This document shows, one piece after another, positions 14,101 through 29,691 of a stretch of 64,000 nt of DNA (positions within the stretch are counted from its first letter, which is position 1; each line of letters opens with the position of its first letter). Source of the DNA: Girardia tigrina (Eukaryota); assembly GCA_001938485.1 (NCBI GenBank), contig MQRK01254223.1, positions 14,382 through 78,381 of the forward strand. The letters are read 5' to 3'. The translations under genes and the position numbers were made by a program. Under the pieces are notes generated by a model. The model was not told the DNA's origin. It saw nothing but the letters and a program-made list of their open reading frames with translations, and made no database searches.

Positions 14101-17100
14101 CTTAAGTTCTAAATATTCGCAGATTATTGGAGAAAATAATTTGTGTTAAAAGAGCAAGTAGACTGCTGAATTTTAAAGCATCTGAACAAAGTCTTACGAC
14201 AATGAAATGTTAAGAAGGCCTTTTAAAATTACAAAAGAAAATGTTTTTGAGTTCTAAGACTTTAAATAAAGGATAGACAATTTCAGAGCTCTTTTGACAG
14301 CCTTAAACTTTGTAAAGAAATTGAAATCAAATTATTGCATAATATCGTCACTGCAGATAGAAAAAAATGCTCATTATAAATTATTGTGGTGTTCCAAAAA
14401 GTGAAAACTCTTCAGATAGTCAAGTTTGAAGAAATTGAAGAGTGGGATTTATATAGATTTCAGAAAAAAATGGAGAAACCGAAAAGAAGTTTATGTTTTT
14501 CATTCAAGCTAAAAGGGAAAAGAGACAAAGCCACAATGGATAAACATTAATATCTGGATGTTGCTCCAATCCACAAAATAGTTATGGTCATAATAACAAG
14601 GAAATTTCAAATCTCCCATACAGTCAACACATTGCTTCGATGGACTTTTTTGATGTTTTTCGACTTAAAAAAAACATTTGAAAGGCCGTTTATGTCAACC
14701 AGGGATAAATTTAAAAAAATCCTTCATTGTTTACATATTTAAAGCTTTATATGAGATTATGTCCCTTAAAAAATCTTCTATAGAATAAATCAAATATAAT
14801 GATTATTGATAAGTTTCAATCCGGATGAAAATATTTTAATAAAAACAAAATTCATCCATTACAAAATAAATTTAAAGACAATATATTAAGACGGATCAAC
14901 CCTCATCTTCAGGTTACTGATTAATTATTTAATTAACCTTTATATTAATTCAAAAATAAATATTATGTAATCGATTACACAAAATCACACTTAACAAAAA
15001 CTCTCAATAAGTTGGTTGAACATTGATTTTAGAGAATCGTGACCAAATTAATTAATATGTTCAGTTATAAATCTATTACACCTTTAACACTTTGTTCTTG
15101 TGAGGAATACTTTAAATTTGGTATGTTGAAATTGGTTTGTTGAATTTTGTATGTTGAGTTTAGTATTTGGAAATGTGTTTCTCCCACAACAGATGGAAAA
15201 ATGATATTTTGGATGTTCACAATAAATAATTATTCGAGTATAATTTGCATTTTAAAGTACAGTATAAGATATTTAAAAAACTTTAAAAATATTAAATCGT
15301 TTCAAATTTTCATATTAAAAATTTAAATAAAGTAAATAACTTTTAACTAAGTTTTAAATTAAATAAATGTTCCTTCTTTCAATGAAATATTTTTAAATAA
15401 AATTAATATGTAGATAAAATTATTACTAAAACTACAAAATTTGAACTTTAAAAATAAAATCTGAAAATAATGAAAAATTTGTTCGAATAATTGTTTATTA
15501 AAAAACATTAACTAAAATTTATCAATTTAGAACGATGTCAAATTACGAAAGCATTGCTGAGAGTTGTCCAAAAGACAATTCTAATTGTATTAAAAATTAA
15601 AGATCGTAAAGCTATGTTGGTGTTCTTAATATTTCTGATGTTGTTTATGAATATAAATGTAATGGATGCGATGCAACCTTGGAGTGACATGGTCGAAAAG
15701 AGAGTAAGAGTATTATTGCAGAACATAGAAAAAAATGTAAATGTGATGTTAATTTTGATAATGTCCAAATTCTGTGTAAGCATTTTGACAGTTATTGGGA
15801 GAGTGTCGTGTGAATCATTGTTAATTAGGTAACGTGGCCCTAAAATCAATGTTCAATCGGCAGTCTCAACCAGCTTATTGAGAATTTTTGAGAAATTATT
15901 ATTATTAACCTGAAGATGACGACGGTTGATCCGTCGAAAAATTTTGTCTATAAATATATTTTAAAATGGATGATTTTTTATATTGATATGAATTATTTAA
16001 ATAAATATAATTAAAAATTTTCTATCCGCAAAATGAAACATAAAATCAAGACTAATAACAATAAAATAATATAAATTATAATGTATTATCGAGGGATAAT
16101 TGATGAATCTGAAAGTGCTCCAGTTTCTGCTCAACTGTTTTGATTGATGAACTCGATGATTTTAATGAAAATTTTTGTGAATAAAACATTAAATAAATTG
16201 AAATAATTTTTCAAACATTATCAAATAAATAATAAAAAATTAAAAAAAAGATTTTTTAAAATTTATTTTTTTTAAATCATTTGATAAAATAGTAAATCAA
16301 AATTGTACTAAACCAATTTACAAAGATTTATTTTTGTGTTTTATATTATTTGTAATAACATAAAAATATGATAGTAATCCGGGAGATAGAATGACAAGAA
16401 AGTCGATTCACATTATATTTATATTAAAAATAAAATAATATTTTATTGTATTAAATTCGGATTTAATATTATTTATAAATAAAAGTAGTAAATAATTACT
16501 TTAAATGAGTCTGAAATTCGTTGTGATATTTTCCGAGTCGTTTCTTTTGGGCTTCTATGAGAAAATTGAGATTAATAGTGTCGTTGTTCTGATGCTCTAT
16601 TCCCGAAGCCATGTTATACTGAACCTCTGCAAGCATATGGGAACAATCAGCTAATTTATCGTCGATATCCTACAATTGTATAAATTTTATAAACAAAAAG
16701 AATATGTTCGGTCTACTTGTATTCTGTCGGCTAATTTGGATAAACAACCGCGACGACTGTCGTCGATATATATACGTACAGTGTTTAATCGTCGACCTAT
16801 TTCTTTCAGTTGTTCGCGAACCGTTTTCAGATTTTCCCGGTAATTCTCCTGAGAATTGATTATTTCTTGATTTAATAATTGTGAAACGGAATTATTGGAA
16901 TTGCTCTTCGTGATGTTGATATCTTGATTTCCGAGCCGGCCACATGAAGTCAGTCTCAATCGGTCTTTCTGTAGATTTACATTTAACTCTTCTTCAATTT
17001 GAGATATGAATCGAAGCGCTTTTATCCGTAACTTTTCAGATGGTTGAAGCTTTAAAAAAATAGTTTTTATAATCTTTAGAATAATCTTCAAAAATCTTTT

Positions 17101-17888
17101 ATTAAAATATGAACTCAGCTGAGAATATTTAATTGCATCAAAATGAGTTTTATAAAAAACATAAATTTAAAATAGATGTTATATATTTTATTACGGTAAA
17201 TAGATTTTCTACCAGTAACAACTTTTTTAAATATTCAGTTTTTATGTTAATTATTTTAATATCTTATTTCAAGTTATTTCTTAGAGTTTTAATTTGTTTG
17301 GAAAATATAATAAAAACAAAAAAGTGATTAGAATAGTTTTTTTGTTAAAATTTCGCTTGTAGAAAAAAATATGGAACGATTTACAACTTTTGATTCTGTA
17401 ATTTATTTTTTGAATATTTCATGTTTTGTTTAATAATTCAAAGACAAACCAAATAAGAATCTCAAGATATTTTATAATAATGCTTTTGACTTCCGAAAAT
17501 AGTCGTTTCATGTCGTAGAAACGACTTCAAAAGCATAATCAACCATCCACAAAACCTTGATGCGTAACGTTAGAATCAAACAAGATTACTACTAAAGTAA
17601 AAACAATCGTAAATTCTGCATCAATCGAGTTAAGAAGTCCACCATCACAAGGTTTTTATGTTTAAAGAAAGATAAACTTAACGAAAAGCAACTAAACATG
17701 AGTTTCATTCAATAAAAAGACTAGCGTTTGGTTGGACCACAAACGAGTATTTTTATTGGAAATATTTTTACCGAAAACAAAACTACTGTTTACGTAATTA
17801 TTACTGTTAGAAGACTTCAAGATTTTCATCGCAATTTATTCAAAAACAATATGATCTTCCAAAGAAGCTCGAATGAGGAATATCATCA

Positions 17889-17930
<42 letters not shown>

Positions 17931-20900
17931 ATTAATGCCGTCATCAATCTTGGTCAAACATACACTCATTCATTTCACCATACACGCTATTTCGGTCGTG
18001 GCCTATTACATAAAAATACAAAGATCACGCATATAGCATTCCATACAATAATTACGCAACATACATTTATTAGTTTTGATTATAATTTCCCTCACAATTA
18101 CAATTATAGAATTGTGTGATCACCTGTTTTCTTCAAAACAACATCCAACCATATACTGCAAAAATCCCTCGTAAAAAGATGAAACTAGATAAAAAGGGTA
18201 TTCATCACAAACCTTCACATTACCCCAACCAACTTTCATTTGTTCGTAAACCTCACTGTTACAAATTGATAAAGAAAATATATATTTATTTTTTTTACAA
18301 TTAGTGGCATTGAGATTTTTTAACAAATTTTTGTGAACATATTCGAATTTACTGTTTCTGTTTAAATGAATTTTTGTGAACGAGTTTTTTTGTTCAAATT
18401 GTCGAAATTATAAAACAATTATTAAAAAGAGTTTTGCGATGACCTTGAAAATTGTTTGTCTGCGATGATTGAATCAGGGAATTGTAAATAATAAAATGTG
18501 TTTTCTGGAAAATATATAAATTTGCGATCGATCAATTTTATTAAATTTGAGTTTAAATCGTAGTTCAATTTTAATAATTAATTCTAATCGTTTCTATGGA
18601 TTCTGATTTTCGCTTGAGGAAAATTATTCGCAATTGAATAGAGTGGCGATAAACAATCGAAATATTAATAGATACCGAAGTCCCGAGAAACCGGTTTGGG
18701 ACTGCATTGGAAACATATGGTCGAGTCAGGCGAGCGGCGCGAGTGTGAGAGTTGTTGCAATAATGTTTCCAATGGAGCGAATGAAATTAAAAATAATTGC
18801 AGCGGTGGTCATGGTTATGATGTGAGGACGATTGGCGAGAGCGACAACGAGAAACGCGAGAGCAATTCTGTGGCCGATTTGATTAATGTCGAGCAAAGAG
18901 TTGATTTTCTGAACGATGACCTTAGTTCGGTATTTAAGAGGATTTATTTTGACTGCTTGCTGATCAAATATTCACTGAGACCAGTGATAACTTTATTCAA
19001 TTCAATTCCTCCCCGTTTGACATCTCGACATCTAAAATGTCTCCCAGAAAACTATCCTGTAAATTACAACATATATCTCCGATTTACCGAAATATTTTTC
19101 GCTTATTTTAATAATCAAAACGGTTCTGGATGTTCTTCACACATATATCACAGAGATTTTCTTCACATCTTTCTGAAATCACATTATTTCTCCATTATGA
19201 CAGAATTTATTAACAAGCAAGTGTTATTTCGAAACGATACTCCTCAGAAATGTTATAATCAAAGGAAAGCTAAATTCATTCTTCACATCGTTTTGAGATC
19301 AATTACAGATTCAATTTCACATGATCTTTTCAATTTGGCAATCATTCAATTTGTCTGGGCCCGCACAAAAGATGCAACACCACACACGACTTAGTAAAAC
19401 CAAAATCGGAAGGTTTTTTTGGTCTAGCTTTGGCTGAAAAGGATTAATTTTTATGGGAGTATTTAAAATTTCGCTCATCGGATTACAATGTTGGCTTGAG
19501 TTTTAAAAATTGTAGTTTTTATTTATTTACCGATTATTGAATATTTTCATTTATTTTGTCTAAATTTTAAATATAATTAAAATTAATTGTAATTTTATAG
19601 TTAATTTATTTAATAATAATTGTATACAATCCAACTTTCGAATAATATATAATATATAATTATATTGTTATAAAACTTTCATTATAAATTATTTTTCTTA
19701 AAAAAAATGAAAAAATGTATTATAAAATAGATTGAATTTTGTAAGATTATTTTTTATTAAAAGTTATAATTTATTCTGCAATTTTTTACTTTCAACCTTT
19801 AAAAAAATTAGTAATGGTGAATTCTCTTTAATTAGAATGATAATTCAATTTATTAATTAAATTTAAAGTAACTCTCGAAAACGTTGAATTTTTTTTTGTT
19901 TTTTACTATTCATTTTAATTATTCTTCAATTATTATATAAAATGTAAAACACCTTTAGTCAATGGCAAAAGAGGCTGGGTAACAGAAATGTTGTATTGTT
20001 TGGGGATTTACTGCATTTTGAATAATATACACAAAAGTTTCATCTGTTTGTATTCTGTTGCAAAACATACATAATATCTTTTCTTTCTAGTTTTTATTCT
20101 GTTTTCCTTTTAATTGTATTTACTTTCATCTAGATTAGTGTTTCTCTAGTTGCATTTTATTAAGCTTTGGTTTATACAAATAGAAGATACATATTCAATT
20201 TTCTTCTGTCATGAATAGTTTTGAAAATTTTTGCTATCTCTCATTTTTTTCAAACAAGGTACCCCTTTATTCAGCCTTATTTCAATCAATAACAAGAATA
20301 TATTAATTTAATGATCTAAGAAACTTGTGATCTCGGCGAATTGGTAGAGGAATCTACTTCCTGACCTAATTCATTTGTTCCAGAGTTGCTTGTACTAAAG
20401 AACCAAGATTCAAATTGAACAAAGGGAAAATAACTAAAAATATTTTTTATGGAATCCCAGGATCTTAATAGTGATGTTAAAGTGTTAACAAGTGCAAGAA
20501 ATGTCAAATTGTCTTACAACGTTTTCGAGATTGAATGCAGAAATATATGTAACTCAAAATGCCAGTTACAAAACGGCATTCTGATCATATTTCTATTCTG
20601 CAAGGGTCAGAATCACTTGTTTTATTTAAAAGAATTATATTTACAACGTTCTTTCTTGCAAAATAAGAGTTTTTAATGAAACAATTTTTAAAATGAAAAA
20701 CAATGATATTTATTATTAGACGTTCTTATTTCGTTATGGTAATATTGGTATAATTTTACAAAAAAGTCACAGATAAAGAAAGAGATATTTTTCTACTTGC
20801 AGCTTCAATTTTTAACTACATTACCATTTTTACAATATAATCATAAAAAAGAAGAGAAGAGAAATACAATTAAAGCAGCAATATAACAATAATCGTATTG

Positions 20901-23780
20901 ATTATTATTATTGAAAATATTCTATATCAAATAATATAGATAAATAATATTTCAGCCATAAAAAAATAATAATCGGAGATCAGTTTTAAATAATATCCAT
21001 TAAACAAAAACCCTACCAGAAATGTTGGAGATAAATGAAGAACGCGATATTGACTCAAATATCAGGTGAGTACATGGATGAATAATGGTATGCCTTAATG
21101 AATCTAACCGATAATAATGCCATAAATTACAGTAATAATAGCGGTAATCGATTATATAATCTTATAAAGTCTTCTGTTTTCTTCTTTTCCTTATTCTTTT
21201 TTTAATATAAATTCTATGGATATTAGAATGAATCATTGAATCAAATGCAACCAAAATGTTCTAAGAAGTAACAACAAAAATCGAATTTTTGAATCTTCAG
21301 AAATGATAATGAATTTTATTTTGTTAAGACGGAATATTCGCTATATAGAGCGATACTTTACGTTTTTTGAAGAGTTCTATATTTTTAATCAATGTTGCTT
21401 ACTTAATCTAATGCAAATACAATTAATTATAAATTCCAGAAATATTATAATTCTGCTTACATAAAAATTACCACAAAAAATAATACATGTCTGAAAACAT
21501 AAGTCAAATCATAACTATTTTTCGTCTTTCCATAACTGATTTTAAATTATCATTTTGTGACATAAAGCTTTTAAAAAGTGCTTGTACATTTATATATCAC
21601 GAAACTATAATTGCATATATTAATTTTATACAAAAAAGATTTATGCAATTATTATTATTATATATGATTAAGCAAATTCAAAGCATCAGTAAATTGGAAT
21701 AAGTGACGCATTATGGGAGAGGATTATATTAATATTTTATAATTATTAAGTTTTCCTATTTGTCTTGAAAATTCTGCCTTTCATATGCATAAAAGAGTAT
21801 TATAAATGTAATTACATTTGTTACTAAAGTACAAGCTAAAATGCCAAAATAATTCCCAATTGATTTCGTATCAAAAGTACTGTTTATAATAAATATGCCA
21901 GGGTAATGTGAGCAAGCATCAAATAGAGATCCATTAAAGGAACTTTGCTGCTAATTTTTTAATCTCATTCCAATAATTTTGAGTCACAGAATCTAATACG
22001 CATTGGAATTGTGTCTACAAAATAAATATTGATAATTCCCCAACAATTATTATCCGGAACGCCTCGTTAAGAAAATATTGATTGAAATTCTGTATTCTCA
22101 TAAATGCATTAACAACTCGCGGCCACAAAACATCAATTTTCATGAAGAAAAATAGAATGTTTGTTTTACAAAATTGACGCTTATTAAAGAGAGATGTCCC
22201 ATCGAGCTACGTGGCGCAGGCCACAATCGAGCCCCCTCATACTCCCTACACTCTGCTCCACTCCATTCTATCAAGTCCTAATTAATAAATACTTTTATTT
22301 ACCAAAGTAAAGCATTGTAACTAAAAGACTTAGTCGTTTTTCTAAAATAAATAAATAAATATATAACAAGCAAATTATTTAATTATTTTTTTTCTGCTAG
22401 TTAAGAATTTCCTGTGCTTTTATTTTCTTTTGAAATTAATTTAACTTGATAAGTTATTTTTGCAAAATTATAATTTAATATTGTCAATAATTTCAGGGGT
22501 TAAATAAAATTATATTTTGTAGTTAATTTCGTGAGTTACGTATTTTAATAATAAATCTAAAATATATATTATTTATCAAATATTATTTACATATATATAC
22601 ATAACGAAAAACAAAATTGATCCATTAAAATATATATTTTTTGACAAAATATTTCGACGGATCAATCCGACACCTTCAGGTCACTGATTAATTATTAATT
22701 GACCTGTATATAAATGTAAAAATAGTGATTATGTTATCGATTGCATGAAGTCACACTAATAAGAAATTCTCAATAAGGTAAGACGATTTTTTTTGTCTTA
22801 AGGGCTCGTTCAAAAAAATACATAACACATAGGGGGAGGGGGTCTATGAAAGTGTGATATTTTGTGACAAGGGGTCGGGGGTGTCTAAATATTTGTTAAA
22901 TTACAAAAATGATTATTATTGTAATCTTTTTTTCAAAAAAACAATAAATAATATAATGCTTGATTTAACATTAGAATTAAATTAATTATGTAAATTTTAT
23001 TACACGATGTATTACTTTTAATGTCACTATAATTCCCTTCAAATTGGGGAAAATGGATAAGAAATAAATAAAATATTGTAGTTTGTATATTTTTGGTTTT
23101 TATGATTTGTGACGTCACACCTAGAGAGGGGTCTTATGAAAGTGTGTCACTTTGTGACAAGGGGGAGGGGGATCTAAATATCCAAATTTTTGCGTTATGT
23201 TTTTTTACGAACAAGCCCTAATGTAATTTGTTCTTTATTTAAACTCATATATGTCATAAATGAATTTTAATAATTCATAATTTAAAAATTTAAATAATCT
23301 CAATTGATAAATATACCCGAATTCATAGATTTCTGCTTAATATTATTGTTAGGAAGCTAAAAGACTAACTGAATGTATTTGAAAACTATTAGCTAATTAT
23401 GTATTTAAATATAAATAGGTGATTTGATTAATAATAATTAATACTAATCTATTTATAATAATTGATTAATAACCAAGCAGAAAGTAACAATGACGATCAA
23501 TATATCACAGAACAGGAAATAATTGTAGAAGGAATAAGTTACTATCACAAATTTCATTGTTAATGTAGAATATGTAGATTTGCAGGAAAATAATTATGAT
23601 GATCCTTGGCCCGATGAAAATGAGGTGAATGCAAGATTTGGCAGTGATTTTATATATAATTTTAGAGTTCGAAATCATTTTAACTTGAATGAATGAAGCG
23701 ATCGAATAAAAATGATAGAGCTGATTTTTTTCTGGTTTAAGGATTATATGATAATCGTATCACTGTTGAAATGTGCCTTG

Positions 23781-23828
<48 letters not shown>

Positions 23829-25584
23829 CTATAATATAAATATAAATATAATTTTTTCTAAATTTTTAATTTCTGTTATTGTAATACGGAAATAAATTTC
23901 TGGAAAACCAAATGGTAAAAGCAGTATTCCTGCAGTTACTGATATATGTTATGTTGAAAAAGGATAATGAACAGTTACTGTACCATTGATGTATTCTTCA
24001 ATACATCTCATAGTGATTCCATATCTACTAACATAATAGACCGATTTATGACTAGAAGCATTAATTTTATGAACAGAATGAGAATGTTGAGCAAAAAAAG
24101 TTGAGAATTTAAAAATGGAAAATTTTTCCAAGGAGGGAGGAAGATGATTCTTTCAAAATAATCGAACACTAATAAATAGGTATACACATTTATTTTAAAT
24201 GTCTATTTATCCATCCACACATTTCTTTTAATTAAAGAAATAGCAGTTTTCTAATCTAAATAGTAATTTGAGAAGAACAAATAAAATATTTAAAAATCAC
24301 ACAAAAAACTTCAATGAACAAATTATGCAAATAAATCGGTAAAGAGTATTAATATTTATAATATTTATAATTCAAAACTTCAAAGGTTAACAAGAAAAAA
24401 AATCTAATAATATGACTAAAAATAATTTTAATTATATTTTATTTTATTTTATAGAAATTTAGAAAAATTGCTTTTGAATAATAATAATTCTTTAAAAACA
24501 TAATTATAAATAAATATATCGAATTATATTACATTATGTATTAATTTACGTAAAATGTTTATGTCGTTGAACAGGAAATAAATGGAAATATATTTATTTG
24601 AATGAATGACAGAAACAATTTATTAAAATCTTGTTTCATTTAATGAAGATTGAAAATGGTATAATTTACATAATGCAGTTTACATATAATGTTGGTACAA
24701 AACAAATCTTTGAATTAGGTTTTTTTAGAGAAGGAGTCTCGTTTGAATTTTGTACTAATGCATTAATTCCATCTACGATGAAACTGTAAATGCATATTTC
24801 TCAGATTGAGAATTCTTGAAAAACAAAAAGTATTTTATTTTAATTTTCCGGACATCGAAATCATTAACACACAGAAAACAGTTCAGTCTTAAGTATTCAA
24901 TACAAGATCGTTCATAGAAGAGTAAAATATATAAACACGGGATAAAAATAAGACGACGTGTTTCGAGATAACACTCATTATCAGATCAATCCACACCGTG
25001 AATACTGGAATAAATAATAATTAAGAAACGTTTTACCAATAAATTATTGAATTAAAATAAATTTATTTCATTTTTCTTAAAAATTAGAAAAGATTTTATT
25101 TTTTGACTTATGTATGTAAATATATAGTGAACATTAATTGGTACTTTTTGAAAATATATTTGTTAAAGCACTTTTAAAAATCGTTGACTATTTTTCGATC
25201 AGCAAATGCGATCATTTTCAGTAACTTATTAATTTGATAAATTTTAGTGTATTTGAAACCGAAAAGAAATTTCTACTCATATTATGAGAGGTTGTTTTGT
25301 GAATCATTGCTGATCAGACATTACAGGAACTTGATTAACATCCAAATGGGAAAAGTAATGCAGCGTCAATATTAAATATTTTCAATTAATATATATTAAT
25401 AGAAAATTAATAAACAAATAATAGTAAATGAATAAATAATAATTATCGAAAAGTATACTATTTTATTGGTTCCCATATATACTAAAATTTATTAAAATAT
25501 TAAGTTGCTGAAGATGATCAAATTTGCAGATCGAAACTTATTTTGCGAAAATCTTTTAAAAAGTAATTTAATAAATTTATATTG

Positions 25585-25627
<43 letters not shown>

Positions 25628-28600
25628 GGTTTAATGTTCTATTGCCCGTAGAATATTCTTATATAAAGTCAATTTTTTATACTGTTCAAGAGACAATACT
25701 TAAATTGAAGACTGACGTATTGCTAAAAGATTCTTCAAAATCTTTTTAATTGTAGAACAGGAAATATATTTATGTCTTTTGAAATTATTTTAAGACAAAT
25801 AGTTCACAAATGCTGAAAGACAACTGAAAGAAATTGGTTGCACAAGAAAACCTGATTTCCTATTTAGACAGGAAACAAAAGAATGCGGCATAACATCCAA
25901 AAATAGTCTGTATGATCAAAATTATAAAACTGAATACAGGTTGCTAATGAATTACACATATTTCAATCACTATTTGTAATTCCAAAATTGGTTAATGAAG
26001 GATTAAAAACCAAAGATGTATTCAAATTTACTGGAAATCAAGAGAAATTTGGATATTGAATATAAGTGGTAAGTAAATAAACAATATAACTTATAAATTA
26101 CAGAGTAACGGGAAAGCAAAACACATTTTAATTCATTGAAGAAATTGCCGAAAGACAAGAAAATGTTGTTCCATCAAGTAGTCTTTATCCGATTATGTTT
26201 CAAGACCTTAGCAGTATTAAGTTTCTAGAGGATGGTAAATGGCCGTGCTAAAGAAACTCGTGCATTGCTTTAAGAGAATCTTTCAATCTTTGTCATAAAA
26301 ATATATTAAAGTGATTCTACCTCTAAAACTCATAATTTACTCTATCCTTTAATAACTTGATTGTTTTGATGTTAATAAGGAACGAAATCTTCAATTTCTT
26401 CTTGAGAATTTAAGTAAAATGTTTCCATTCTTTAGAATAGTTCATTCTTAATAATTCGTTATGGCTTTATCAACATTTAATCTGACATTTGTATTTTATA
26501 GAATTATTTTGTAATATACATTCTTCCATTTTAGGCCTTTTTTCTTTGAAGTTCTATTCAAACATAACAATTGTAATTGATAATTTTCGCCATTGATAGT
26601 TTTGCACATTTGTAGTGGTTAATACTGTGCCACACTCTTCATGTCCAACCAAATACACTGCTTAACCTTACTTTCGTGTATGTTTTAATTTATGTGAGGC
26701 TCAAAGAATACCTCGCAGTGATCAGATCAAATTTTTTTTGGATTTTTTCTGATCAGGATTTATTATTCGATTTTAAAAATTATTACCGAATAAAAGACTA
26801 TTACAAGACATGATTAAATTTGTCTAATTAGTATTTTGTCAAGGTCAAAAAATATATATATCCATATATATATATATATCCATATATATATATATATAAA
26901 CAAATATTCTGTGTTCGATACAGACACTGTTTTGGTTTTCGCTTTGAATGTTTAAGTATCTGCTCTTTCTGATTATGTCCTTTTAAAAACAAAACATGCT
27001 AGAATTTATGTGGTCGCCATTAGATCTGAGATTGAATCAAATGTAATATCAAAGAAGTGAGCGTAAAAGGTTCTATTGAATTCAAAATAACCTTGTGGTT
27101 TAAACCCTGTTTTAATGGAAATAAACAAGACAAATATCGATAAAGTATTGTTTTTAATGTGGAATATTGTTGTTTTAGAAAATAATAATACAAACAATTT
27201 ATTACACTTATTTTAACTATTTCTGAATTGATAAAATAATAATGAAATTTTAATGATGGAATATAAATAAATATTTATTTTATTATTCGTACAATAACAA
27301 CAGCAGTAATGTTTATGATGATAATAATTTTATTATTATCAATTTTTTATTTATTTTATTAGATTTATCCCGATATTATGAATAATGTAACCATTTTACG
27401 ATAAATTGAATTAAAATATAAATAAATAAATTTACTTCATATTCTCGGAGATTAGCTTCGACGTCTTCGATTCTTTTGTTGAGGTCTGCCAGACGACTGA
27501 TTCGCTTATTCAATTTTCCAATGGACTCCAACCAGTATCTCTGAACATTCATTCATCAATTATTTTTATTTTTTAAATTATTATATTCATTTCCTAAAAA
27601 TCCCAATTATTTTTCATTTCATTAGTTTTATTTGATCATTTAATTTTATTTGCAATATATTTTAAGTGTACTTTTATAAATAATATATAATATTATTTTG
27701 GTTTAAACCAAATTAAATGATGAATAGAAACACATATTTTATCAAGTATTTTGACAAATAAATGTTTCTTATTATATTTTTTTAAACTTTTTTTAAATAT
27801 TTATATTATTTAACATTTATTTTAGGTTATAATTGTGAAGGACAGGCTCACTCTTAAAATTTTGAAACAATTAATTTTTATAAAGAATTTCTAAAATAAG
27901 GAAATATTTAAAATCAAAAGTTTTCGAAGCAATTATAATTAAAAAAATATATCTTAATTAATTTTAAAAAGTTATTTTCGGAAATAATCAAATTTTAATT
28001 GTAGAGTAAAAACTTAAAATGAAATTAATTGGGAAATAATGGATTTTTAAATAATTGATTTAAAAGAAATATAGAAAGACAAGGATAATTATGGTTGTAC
28101 TAATTTTAAAATTTATTCTAAAAAATAAAATAATGAACTTTGTTGCAAAAGATTTAAATTAAAAAAACAAATAATTTTTAATTTTAAAGTTAGTTTGAAA
28201 TTCTGCAAATTAATTAAATTAGATTAATTAAAACGAAATAAAGATTAAAACTTTTATCATTAATGTATCGTAATAATAATAAAAATTTGAATACTGTAAA
28301 TTATTTTTTGTATTTAAATTGTATTTAAATTTTGTATGGTGTTTAAAATAGTTGTAGGTAAAAAATTCTTTTAAACTAAAACATTGATAATAAATAAAAC
28401 GTTAAAATTTTTTATTAATTAAAAGCGTTTCACAAATAAAAGAAAATAACATTAAACTAATTATGTCATCATTAAACTAATTCTAAAATAATAAAAAATC
28501 ATTTTATTAATTTAGTAAAAATATGAATACAATAAATTATGTTGGTTTGAATTTAAATTAAGTTGCATAAAATAGTGGAATGTAAATTTTCAAAATAAAG

Positions 28601-29651
28601 AGAATAAAAAAAATTCAATTTTAAAATAGCTTATCAGTATTTATAATTCCATATTTTTATATAAAAATCTGGTCAAAAAGAAAACGAAGAAAAGTTCCTC
28701 GACGAAAAATTGTTATTAAAAAAATTGTTAGCTAAAAATTGTTTGAATAATTGTTAATTGTGTTAGAAATAAAATTTGGTGTTAATGAGTCTTAATCTCG
28801 ATCAAGAACCCAACAATAATCATTTTAATTTATCTATTTATTTAAAAAGGACTTTTGTAGAGGGCATTTTTATACTAAAATAATCTCCCTCCTCTATAAG
28901 GCAGCACCCTCATATTCACAGACCCTTATTAATAAATGTACACTAGTTGTCTTTTCTAAGCACAAAACACTCTTGACTCAAAGTAAGATATGGCATGATG
29001 GATGTAATGTTGTTGAAAATATTTGAAAGACCAAAGTAAAACAAAAGATGATTTTTGATGTCACTAAAGAGAATTTTAGTATGCCAAATTGATTCTGGAA
29101 GATAATCTGATAGGCTGATGGACCAACGGAAACAAATGTAAACAAAAATTAAATGTAAATATAAAATACCAGTTTGGATAACGAATAATCTGGAAGAGAT
29201 TTGAGATATTGGTGGAAAAACCATAAAAAAGGAAAACGAAACTAATGAGGGAAAGACTATCGGAACTATACATAGGTCCTTCAACAGTGCTGAAAAGAAA
29301 TTACGAAAGAAGTTCTGAAATACAGCTTGAAGATTGAATACATTTTTTATAAGAAATGTTGAATGACGATGTTGAATGAAGATGCGAGGAATGTTTGCAT
29401 GTTTGAATGTTGAGTGTTGATTTGGAATTGTGTCTCTCCTACCCAGATGGATGATTATTATTTGAATTTTAATCAATGAAATTTGAGAGAAATATTTTTA
29501 AATATTAAAAAAAATTTAGTTCAGGTAATGTGAAAATAGAAATATAAATAAATTTTAATGATGTTATTATACTAAAGTTTTGTTAATTATTGTCAAAAAA
29601 ACAAATTAACTTGTAATAATAACAAAATTTCGAAATACATATTAGTGTTTT

Positions 29652-29691
<40 letters not shown>

